Source: Callorhinchus milii
Lineage: Eukaryota
Length of the DNA stretch: 64,000 bases
Direction: 5' to 3'
Assembly (NCBI RefSeq): GCF_018977255.1
Contig: NW_024704763.1
Span: forward strand, 7,564,001-7,628,000
A program made the translations under genes and the position numbers. The notes under the pieces were generated by a model. That model was not told the origin of the DNA and did no database searches. It saw only the letters and a list, made by a program, of their open reading frames with translations. Of this stretch, positions 53,809 to 64,000 are shown piece by piece (the stretch's first letter is position 1; each line of letters begins with the position of its first letter).

Positions 53809-54162
53809 GTAAAGTCGACTTCAAGATCCTCACACTCGTGTTCAAATCCCTTCACTCTCTGGCACCTCCCTACTTCTCCGACCTCTTCATTCCCCAATCC
53901 ACTACCTGGCGCCTCCGCTTGACTGACACCGACCGGCCTCCTGCTCATCCCTCACACCCACCTCACCATCGGAGGTCAGGCTTTCAGCCACTACACGCCA
54001 AAACTCTGGAACACTCTCCCTCAATCCCTCCACCTTGCCCCCTCTCTCCCCTTTTTCAAGTCCCACCTCAAGACGTTCCTGTCGACCGTGCGCCACTGTT
54101 AAGCGCTCTGAGACACTAGCCTGTGTGGAGGGCGCTATATAAGTGCAAGTTGTTGTTGTTGT
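53809..54162 (+). mobile_element. L2 3' fragment
   Basis: FKILTLVFKSLHSLAPPY coding end; tail aagcgctctgagac...gggcgctatataagtgcaag(ttg)n. Confidence 0.82.
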
Positions 54163-54479
54163 AAAGTAGTTTATGTATTTTGTGGGCGAAACGCAGTAGC
54201 CAATTGCATATAGCAATGTCCCACAAATAGCCGTGGGGTGAATGACCGATTTTATTTTGGGAGATTGGTGGGCAGGATATTAGGAGAAACTCCCTTCTCT
54301 CTTCAAATAGTGCTATGGGATCTATAACGAACACCTGAATAGGAAGATGGAGCCTTAGTTTAACACCTCATCCAAAGAATAAAACAAATAGCAATTCAGC
54401 TTTCCCCCCAGCGCTCCACTGGAGTGTCAGCCAAGACTGTGCGTTCAAAGTGTTGACATGGGGTTTAAATCTGCAAGAC

Positions 54480-55241
54480 TGCTTTGCTCTCATATCCGCG
54501 CCACAACTGGCACCACCTTCCATCACCTCTAGAATATCGCCAGACTACGGCACTACCTCACCCCTCACGCGGCTGAAACTCTGGTCCACGCCTTTATCAC
54601 CTCAAGGCTGGACTATGGGAACTCTCTCCTCGCCGGCCTTCCCGGCCCTCCCTCCACACTGCAGGTCATTCAGAACTCTGCAGCTCGTGTAGTGTCCCGC
54701 ACCAGACACCGCGATCACATCACTCCCACCCTCGCCCTCGCCCTCACCCTCACTCCCGCCCTCGCTCGCCTCCACTGGCTCCCCATCCCCCAGAGGATCG
54801 AATTCAAGATCCTCATCCTCACCTACAAGGCCATTCACGGCCTCGCTCCCTCCTACCTCTCCGACCTACTATCCCCCTACCTACCTGCCCGTACCCTCCG
54901 TTCCTCTGGCTCTGGTCTGCTCCACATCCCCCGCCCCAACCGCCCTACCATCGGTGGCCGGGCCTTCAGCCTCTAAGACCCGAGGCTCTGGAACTCTATC
55001 CCCCAGTGCCTTCGCCGCTTCCTCCCTTTCCTCCTTCAAGGCCGGTCTCAAGACCTTTCTCTTTGACCGTGCCTTCAGCTCCCCTCTCGACTCTCTACCC
55101 CCTCCTCGCTCCCTCCCTTCCCTCCCCTCACCCTGACCATTTCCCCCTTGCTCGGGTCCTGACCCAACTGTACAGCGCCTTGGGATGTACTCCCGACGTG
55201 AAAGGCGCTCTATAAATGGAATCTTGTTGTTGTTGTTGTTG
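54480..55241 (+). mobile_element. L2 3' fragment
   Basis: ORF ...LHWLPIPQRIEFKILILTYKAIHGLAPSYLSDLL...TIGGRAFSL; tail cagcgccttgggatgtactcccgacgtgaaaggcgct + (GTT)n. Confidence 0.88.
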
Positions 55242-55243
55242 CT

Positions 55244-55460
55244 CTGAAACAAAAACAGAAGTCGCTGGGAAAACTCAGCAGGTCAGGCAGCATCTATAGA
55301 GAAAGGAAATGTTCCGGGTCCATAACTCTTTGACCCTGACGAAGGGTCGTGGACTAGAAACGTTGACTCACTTTCCTTTCTCCATAGATGCTGCCTGACC
55401 GGCTCAGAGTTCCCAGAGACTTCTGTTTTTGTTTCAGAATTCCAGCATCTGCAGTATTTT
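55244..55460. mobile_element. Penelope-derived fold-back (inverted pLTR pair) with a hammerhead core near the centre
   Basis: Arms 55244-55309 and 55372-55437 are reverse complements at 60/66; CTGACGA (55336-55342)...GAAACGTT (55357-55364); same family as 36160-36270. Confidence 0.78.
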
Positions 55461-55672
55461 GGGTTTTGCTTTGCTTTGACTCTAACCCACCACAGACAAA
55501 GGAGGATATTATCTATTTATAGTACAATGTGAACAAACTGAAAAAATATACCCTGGAAATTCTAGCAATGAGTCACGAATGTAATTCCGTGATAAAGAAA
55601 TATCTCAGAATGTTGTAAAACATAAGGAGTTGAAGAGCATTTGATTATAGTTCACAATCTATTGTACTAACG

Positions 55673-56023
55673 GTGGAAACCTGTAGCTTAGTGGTTAGAG
55701 CATTCGCCTCGCAAGCGAGAGGACCTGGGTTCGATTCCCAGGCAGGGTGCTACCTTAAGGCAAGTTTCCTTACTCCACGCGCCTCTATTTACCTAACATT
55801 AAGCAGTTAGTTAATCGATCAGCGGAACGCTTTTCCGGGTGCAATAATACCTTAAAAAAAAATTGGTCACTCAATCCACGAATGTTGGTGGGACACTGTG
55901 GTGTGCAATTGGCTGCTGTATTTCATCCACAAAATATACACTTTACAATACATCCTGTGAAGCGCTTTGAGACGCCCCGACTTGATAAGGTGCTATATCA
56001 AATGCAAGGATTATTATTATTAT
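55673..56023 (+). mobile_element. tRNA-derived Deu SINE, long variant
   Basis: Head ctgtagcttagtggttagagc...gggttcgattccc, extra segment, Deu core, tail. Confidence 0.8.
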
Positions 56024-58686
56024 CGGAGAGCTAGGATATTGGGCTGAATTCTGCGCTGTAAAAATTATAGAACATTAATCAGCCTTGGAAAATACATCAT
56101 TGAACTTAGTTCATTGCACTTAGTCAAAGATCGTGGTAAGGGAATACTGGGTCCTGATGACTCACAGAAACCTGTAATTTGGTTATATGAATAGAGAAAA
56201 TTGGTACTGTACTCCTTACAAAGTCCATTGTGATACAGATCTATATTCTGTAATGTAGAATTATATTCCAAGTCAGGCTTGTTCTGCAGGGCTGCTCATG
56301 GCTCTGATTAAATGTTGCCTCGTTCTATGGCTCCATCTCATCCCACAAACCACAGAGAATTACTGCTGCAGGGACTAAAGCATCGTGGATGTTCAAACCT
56401 AGTAAAGTGGCCTGTGCCAGGGCAGTAGGGTGGAGGACTTTACGCGGCAAGCAAGGTAAGTAGTTGTTGGTTAGTGAATGGAAGTATAACAGGCAAGCTT
56501 CCTTGCTCCACACTCCTCTGTTTACCCAGCAGTAAGTAGGAACACGGTTGTTAGTCGATTGGTGGATCACTTTTCCGGGGCTAATAATCCCTTCAATTTT
56601 TTTTTAAAAAGAATAATAATTTTGTCACTCATTCCACGACTCTTTGTGAGACGCTACTGAACGCAATTGGCTGCTGCATTTCGCACACAAAATATACAGT
56701 CAATTCACTTTACAATATATTCTGTGAAGTGGTTTCGGATATCTCAAAGACGTGATAAGGTGCTATATCAAATGCAAGGATTATTATTATTATTACTTTG
56801 TGAATGAGTGTGTGTCGCCTGTTTATCTTCATGGGCTTTTCCGCATATCTCTGCCTCACTTTCTCTCTCTGCTCCCTCTATTTCTAATGGTTGGAGAATA
56901 TTATAAAGGGCTTTCCGTGCACTATGTATATAACATCCAATATGTCAACTAGTGATGATGAGCATTAGATGTGAGTGTAGGCAGTGCCGGTACAGAAAGC
57001 TCAGAGTATTGGGATATACAAGGTATGAATTTATTAAATTATGCATTGGTGTTTTAATATGTTTGACATTTACAATACAAAGATAATAGATTATTTCCTA
57101 ACGATATTATCAACCCAAATAATATGCCTTGCATTTGACACAGAGCCTTTCACGTCAGGAGGAAGTCTCGAAGCGCTTCATAGGATTTTACTGTAAAGTA
57201 TAGTGACTGTATTTTGTAGAATAACACAATAATCTGCATTGCCGGAAGTGCTGTCCTTCGGATGAAACCTTAAACCTGTCTGTCTGTGGTCGTTTAAAGA
57301 TCACATGATGTTGTTTGGAATTGAACTTCTCCCCATGTTCTGGACAACAATTCCCCAAATATAATTGGTCACTCACTTCATGGCTGTTTGTGAGACACTG
57401 CTGTGTGCAAATGAGCTGCCGTGTTCGCTTATAAAATACACAAAATTCACTTTCACTGGATTTTACTGTAAGTGCTTTGAGGTGTCTTCCTGATGGGAAC
57501 GGCATTGTATCAGTTACGACAATTACTATTATTATTATGATCAGAGCAATAGACAGACTCGGTGGCAAAGAAGGTTTAAGTTACAGTAGCAAGCTAATGC
57601 TTCGGGGTGAACTGGCATGTCCTGACTGAAGAGATAGTTCAGCAGTTGATGTACATTTCAGTTATTTTGTCTAGATTATTAAATTGCTGGGTCTCTGTTC
57701 ATCTGATTCGCTGTAATGTTGCCAAGCTCATTAGCAGGGTTCCTCATCACTGATCTGGCAGCTCGTTGCTAGTCAATGTGGCACATTGTCAAGCGCAGAA
57801 AGAGAATCCTTGTTATTTTTTTCCCGTTGGTTCCCTCGCCCAGGTCATTGTTGAAGTGCGTTGGATAAACAAGGGCCTTTTTTTTGTCATGAATAAATGG
57901 TGTTTCTGTGGACAGCAGATGACAGCTTCAATGGATGGCCCCTCACGCTACTCTAGCCTCTCCCCACTCCTGGAGAGTATGGCACGAGGACAGGCGATGC
58001 GATAATCTGCCTGGCGATCACTGACCGTGTCACCCGACTGCATATTTTACAGATCAGTGTAACAAAAGGGATTTCAAGACAAGAGAATTGCAGTGATATT
58101 ACACCCTCTGCTGGTTGTCACTTTCTAACACTTACCCTATTCTTTTTGACGTTCGACTGAAAGAAGATCAATTATTCCATAAAAATAATAATCCGTGCAT
58201 CTGATGTGGCGCCTTTGCCCGTTGACAGGACGTCTCAAAGCGCTTCACAGGTTATGCTGCAAGGTGGAGTGACTGTGCATTATGTAGGCCAGCGTGGCAG
58301 CCGATTTCTGCACAGCAGTCGAGTGTGGATTGCTTTCCTAGGATTATAATCCCACCCCTACAAAAGAATTTGATCACTTCAAGTTTGTGGGACGCTGCTC
58401 TGTGCAGTTGACTCCCACGTTTCGCCCACAAAATACACAGTCAATTCACTTTATAGCATATTCCATGTCCTTTCGCTTGCAAGGTGAGCTCGCTAACCAC
58501 TTCGCTAGGGGACTCCACTCGTGTTTATTCAGACAATGAGTCTGTCTTTCTTTGCAATGCACACAGGCCCGTTGCTGATTTTTATGGAGCGAAGCTGATC
58601 GAAAGGACATTATTTGGGGAGGAAAAGCACTGCTGCTGCTGTGCTTTCTCATCACTGAGCGCTCGAACCAACAGCCAACATTAATC

Positions 58687-58750
58687 ATGTACACCAGCAT
58701 CTTGTCTGCATGCTTTGCATTCCATCTCCTTCTTCTGGGACAAAGTGGAG
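58687..58750 (+). CDS. Candidate signal-peptide exon MYTSILSACFAFHLLLLGQSG (phase 1) of a plus-strand membrane/secreted protein; CD276 is the syntenic candidate
   Basis: ATG with A at -3, hydrophobic core, small residues at the end, donor GAG|gtaagg at 58751; possible acceptor tctgtctttctttgcaatgcacacag at 58566. Not in the ORF track; no following exon found in the window. Confidence 0.55.
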
Positions 58751-60321
58751 GTAAGGATTCAATTTCAGAAAGGAAGGAGACACGCAGGCACCATCGCTGC
58801 TAAAGACAGTCACAAGAAGAGTTAATGGAGAGCTTAGGACAGAATTGGTTTCACTGAACAGCTTGCTCTAAGAGCTGATGCAGACTAAAAAACCTGAATG
58901 GCCTCCTTCTGTGCTGTATATTTTTATGATTCTAAATATGCCTAGATTTTCCATCCTAGTTTGCTATTTTGACCCATCAGCATATGCTCTGACTCACAAC
59001 TCCTCGATACTAATTTATAGCAGGTCTTGTGAGGATCCAGACTGTTATAGCACTTCAGCTCTGCATAGCATACAACCAAGGATATTTACAGCACAGAAGG
59101 AGGTCATTTGGCCCACTGTGACCATGCTGGCTTTCTGATAAAGATGTCCTTTTTTGCCCTGTACTCCTCTTCAGATTTTTCTTGGGATTTTCTGTTAAAA
59201 GACGAATGCATTGTCTGCAGTTATAACTTGTTTACCTCAAGTAGGAACTCGGTTGTTAGTCGATTGGCGGATCGCTTTCTGGCGGTAATAATCCCTTCAA
59301 ATAAATAAATGAATGATAATAATTTGGTGACTCCATCCACGACTGTTTGCGGGACACTGCTGAGTGGAATTGGCTGCCAGGTTTTGGCTACAAAATATAC
59401 GGTCAATTCGCTTTACGGTGTATCCTGTGAAGCGCTTTGAGACGACTCAACTATTAATTCTGCCTCAACCAAGACTCCAGGTTGGGTGAACCACGCCCAA
59501 ACTACCCTCTGTGCTATTTTTTTTCTTAACTTCTTTTTTGCCAATGACCTTAAACTACCAGTGGAAATAATTTCTCCCGTTTAAGGTTACCAAAGCCCCT
59601 TAGTAGTTTTTCTATCAAGTTCCTTCAAAACCTTCTTCGTTCTAGGAAAATTATAATCCATGATATATTATATCTTAGTAACGGGTGGATTAAGGGGCAA
59701 GAGAAAGTTGACTCAAAGGAGATGGAGGTCCAGAAAGCAGGGGGGGCAGAAAGCTTGCCCACCGACAGTTGGGTGGATCGGGCAAGTAATATGACGCACG
59801 CTAGAAGTGATGACGGGTAGGGGCAAGAAGTGAAGTCATCTGCAACCTGATGACCTGGAAGTGGGCCATTTATTCACACCTCACGTGTAATGCACCCGCT
59901 GGATGACTGGTCTGAGCTGTAATCAGGCTTCCCTCCAGAAACAAGTCCTTTCTCCAGTCAGCAACGGAGAGGAGCTGACAAGTGATACGGCTACTCTTTA
60001 GATGGGGGGGTGCGGGGAGAAGGATGCTCCAGGCTCAGGCACAGAGATGGTATTTTGATACAAACAGGCCCGTTGTTTGGACGGCACTGTAGGCCTTTGT
60101 GTGTGGTGTGGTGTGGCTCACAGCAAAGAACAAACCACCTGCCTCTGGGCTAAAGTAATCGTTCCCCATTGGAGCTCAAAAGTCCCTGAGGTGGGATTTG
60201 ATCACACAACCTTCTGACTCAGAGGCACGAGTGCTACTAACTGAGTCAGGCTGACAGCACATCAGGGTGTCTCACTCACATTTGTGAACCTAAAATACAC
60301 CCCAATAATCACGGTTTTCTC

Positions 60322-60540
60322 ATCAACAACAACAGCATTACATTTGTATAGCGGCCTTCATGTTGGAAGGATGTCCGAAGATGCTGAACAGACAGATTTA
60401 TGGACCCGAGCTGGGGGTCGGGATCAGGGAGGATGGCGGGAAGGGAGATCGAAAGCACGGTCGAAGAGGAGGGTCTTGAGATGGGTCTTGAAGGTGGCGA
60501 GGGAGGGGGCGAGGGAGAGGGACTGCGGGATGGAGTTCTC
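60322..60540 (-). mobile_element. L2 3' fragment
   Basis: Minus ORF ...LAPSLATFKTHLKTLLFDRAF; (CAA)n on plus is the tail. Confidence 0.75.
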
Positions 60541-62055
60541 ATTATTATTCATTTGGTCATTGCTGTTGCTGTTGTACTGTGCATGGACCCTGTCTGCCCT
60601 GGGCCGACCATTAAACCCTGAATCCACAAATACAAACACAGACCCTCATTTAAGATGCCTGGACAATGCATGTCGTTGTTTCCGATCTCCTGCAGGTGCC
60701 ACTCACACACAATGGCCCCCGAGAGAGCATACGTTCGCTTGATGGAAAAAACGATAGCGTTTAGGACGCTGTGCCAAACACCTCGTCAATGACATCAGAT
60801 AGATTCCTTTTCTTGCTTTTTCTTGCAAATCAAAGGAAAATTCACAGAACTTTTCATGAAGACAGACTCTCTTTAAGATTCTAATATGATGATTATAATC
60901 CTTGCATTTGATATAGTGCCTTATCACATCTTCGAGACGTCTCAAAGCGCTTTACGGAATAGACTGTATATTTTGAGGGCGAGACGTGGCAGTCGATTGC
61001 ACACAGCAGCGTCGTGCAAACAGTGGTGGATTGGGGGTGTTCGTAATAAATGACAATAATAATGATTCTTCTATTTGATATAGTGCTTTATCAAGTCATT
61101 GAGATGGGCAAAACTCGGCGGGCAATTGCACGCAGCAGTGTCCCAAACCCATTCGTGGATTGAGTGACCGATTTATTATTTTTTTAAGGGATTCTTATCC
61201 CTGGAAAGCAATCTGCCAATGGACTAACAACCGGGTTCCTACTTACTGCTAGGTAAATGGAGGCATGTGGGGTAAGGAAACTTGCCTTAGGTTTCTCCCC
61301 TTTAAGATTAAGTTCATTTAAGTTAAGATATCTGTTAAGATATTCAACAGCAAAGAGGACACTTGGTGTATGGGAGACTTGGCAGATTGGTTAAACCTTC
61401 CTGGTATTTCCTCTGCAGTTATATTGGAAGATTTAGTTGGAGATCTTCCCTTAGCGAAGTGCCTGAGGAGAGACTGGGACGGGAAGCAGCTTGAAGGCAG
61501 GAACCCAGGGTGCGGCTGAGACCCCACGATTAATTTCCGGGGTAACAAATGTAACTAAAAGGCTTGGCTGCCAAGCTGTCTCGAGTGTTCATGTGAAGAG
61601 GTGTGCTCTTCGTGGAGTGAGGCAGTGCAGGTGGAACTGGGTCACAGTGCAGAAAGCAGCCCACGCCAACCATCATTTACTCCTTTCTGTTAACAAACGA
61701 CTATCACATTTGATAGGAATGTGAGTCCCACCTTCCAGCTGGCCCTGAAACGAACATAGTTTGGCTGATTGGTGTTGCTTTTGGAGGCTGTAGCTTGGCC
61801 GGGAAGCCTTAACACTCACAGTTTTATTCCTGTTTCTGTCCGGAGGTGTCAGTAGCGCTCTGATCTCTGTGTCAGAAGGGTTTGTGGGTTCAAGTCCCAC
61901 ATTGGGTGTTTTGCCCACAAAACATAGTCAATTCACTTTACAATATATTCTGTGAAGTGCTTTGAGATGTCTAGAAGACTATATCAGGCACTATATCAAA
62001 TGTAAGAATTAATATTATTATTCTTCAGAGGTCGCAAGCTTTATCTTCCAACATT

Positions 62056-62370
62056 GTAGTCCTGTAGCTCAGTGGTTAGAGCACTCGCCTCGCAAGTGAG
62101 AGACCTGGGTTCGATTCCCGGCAGGGTGAAACCTTGGGCAAGTTTCCTTACTCCACACGCCGGATAATAATCCCTCAAGGTAAAAAAACTATAATAAATT
62201 GGTCACTTCAATCCACGACTGTTTGTGGGACGCTGCTGTGCGCAATTGGCTGTGGTGTTTCACCCACAAATATACAGTCAATTCACTTTACAGTATATTC
62301 TGTGAAACGCTTTGAGACATCGAGAAGATGTGAAAAGCACTATATCAAATGCAAGGATTATTATTATTAT
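62056..62370 (+). mobile_element. tRNA-derived Deu SINE, short variant with older tail; intact A and B boxes
   Basis: TAGCTCAGTGG (A box) and GGTTCGATTCC (B box); head folds as a cloverleaf with a CTCGCAA loop and runs into the SINE body. Confidence 0.88.
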
Positions 62371-62866
62371 CTTCAGATCAGCTGTTAAACTAAGGTCCTC
62401 AGGTGGATGTTAAAGATCTCACTATTCCTTTGAAGAGAATATTCCAGATACAATTCCAGAAGATAAGGGAGTCTCGTTTCACCCACAGACAATCCTCCAG
62501 ATATAATTGATTCATTCACTTCATGGCTGTTTGTGGCACATTGCTGTGCGCAAATTGGCTTTACAATATACTCAGTGAATGCACTTTATGGTAAATCCTG
62601 TGAAGTGTTTTGAGACGTTCCTTTCATTGAGAAAGGTGCTGTATTAAATGCAAAGATAAAAAGTTAGGCTTTTTCTTATCATTAACGCTGATGCACGATT
62701 GAGACAAAATTAAAAATCAAAGCAGCGCTTGGAAAAGTGTCAGCGCTTTCACGCTGTGAGTTTCGGCACACTGTGCGACACAGGAAATTAGCTCAACAAA
62801 CTTTCTATAATAGCTGGAAAGGTCTCCTTAACTATGAAACCACCGCATCGAAACTCTGAACAAGAG

Positions 62867-63075
62867 CATAAGAATTTGCGAGGTGAAAGAAGACCAAGGT
62901 CACCTTACACCTTCCTGGCAGTCGTTTGCACATGTCAAGTCTCAAACTATATACTGTACCCAAAGATATTATTTCCTAACAGAAATCGATCAAATTTATT
63001 TTTGAAAGAATTGACACTTTCTGCTTCCACCGACTCCCTGGGGAGCCTGTTCCTTACGTTTACTACTTGCTCACT
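62867..63075 (-). mobile_element. CR1-like 3' remnant
   Basis: cataagaatttgcgaggtgaaagaagacc...cttctgcttccaccgactccctgggg pattern typical of reversed CR1 tails. Confidence 0.5.
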
Positions 63076-64000
63076 GAAGTAGCGTTTCTGCAGATTTATC
63101 TGAATTTGCCCTCACCCCCCCACCCTTTTCAATCGTGGGCTGTTCAGTATAAAACAGTTTATCGTAGCCTACATTATCTAGTACAAATATATCTTCGTCG
63201 CAGAGGTTGGGGAATAAATTCTCTCAGGACAGGTCTAATATCGCATTCGATTGTAGCAGTGCCCCAATGACATCCGAACAGCTGGATAATTCTCTTTTAT
63301 TGGAATTCACAAGAAATGGCTCTCTTGTGGGATCCCTTTGGGACATGGTGGTAGCTGTCAGCAGTGAATATGATCCTGGCATCGCAAGATCACTATGGTA
63401 CTGCCTCTCATCTTAAACATAACACCTCTTGCTGTTATTGAAGCCTCTGTGGATGGTGTGATTGCATTGTCTGCAGTTACAATCTGCTGATCTAAAAATC
63501 CATGTCTTGCTTGCTCTGCTCTCTAAGCTTGCCATTTCTCTGTCTCAGACCACAGTGCATATGATGAAAGGTTGGGGGGGGGAGTGAAAGGATGAAATCT
63601 CATCTCAATGTTTAGCTAATACCTGTAAACCGACTCCGTTGCGAAGTCCTGGTCTATAACTCTTTGAACTCCTCTTACTGAATGACAGATTTATTGCTCA
63701 CTTCAGCTATCTGCATAGTGGTGGATTGCACTGTGCATTCTAATCTGATGAGCATCTGAGAAGAAAGATCCACACAGTGAAGCTCTGGTCACCGGCATCG
63801 AGTCAGAGAGCAGAGCCGTGTGGATGCAAGCACAGGCACAGCTGGACAACTCATAAATAACCCTTACTTTTGACACAGCGCCCACCTCTCATGCAAGGAG
63901 AATGTCTCAAAGGCCTTCACAGGAATTACCTCAAAAAAACTGTCTTTTGCAGGAGTTAAAAAAAGAAATTGTAGAAATTTGGCACAGAAGAAGGCCATTG

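Larger units (their letters stand above)
34101..62660. repeat. SINE-saturated interval: roughly 40-50 mostly 5'-truncated Deu-SINE copies in both orientations plus L2, CR1 and Penelope fragments
   Basis: Recurrent Deu core and tail (e.g. 34320-34520, 37050-37330, 40130-40400, 40600-40750, 41610-41790, 42670-43050, 43190-43380, 44285-45075, 47970-48190, 56500-56795, 57230-57540, 59235-59450, 60890-61290, 62385-62660); count and bounds are approximate. Confidence 0.85.

Noticed and set aside
57820-58020. Strong plus-strand acceptor at 57843
   Set aside because: No convincing donor or reading frame follows.
33781-62660. CRISPR-like array or prokaryotic system suggested by many recurring ~170-bp repeats
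   Set aside because: The repeats are dispersed, diverged, in both orientations and have SINE structure; the host is a spliced vertebrate locus.

Overview
Vertebrate genomic DNA, by repeat content a cartilaginous fish, possibly a chimaera (inference from Deu-domain tRNA-SINEs, L2, CR1 and Penelope remnants). The left half holds the 5' part of a neuroplastin (NPTN) gene on the minus strand. Five coding exons splice in frame: exon 1 33325-33211 (signal peptide), exon 2 20085-19738 (Ig1), exon 3 14596-14419, exon 4 9211-9117 and exon 5 5258-5125. I found no later exons, so they probably lie left of the window. Exon 1 sits in a CpG island with BANP- and NRF1-like motifs, a triplicated CTCF-like unit and a G-rich intronic minisatellite. 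A degenerate partial duplicate of exon 4 lies 1.4 kb downstream in intron 4. The right half is saturated with SINE and L2 fragments. It contains a candidate divergent plus-strand gene: a promoter-like site with a splice donor at about 42.3 kb and a phase-1 signal-peptide exon at 58687-58750, with CD276 the syntenic candidate but unproven. Two Penelope-like remnants carry minimal hammerhead-ribozyme cores, one in a ~190 bp fold-back. Three stages of one SINE family are visible, including a switch to an L2-like 3' tail. No rRNA, true tRNA or CRISPR features. I do not see a clearly new multi-gene system; the most novel items are local. All alignments and counts were done by eye.
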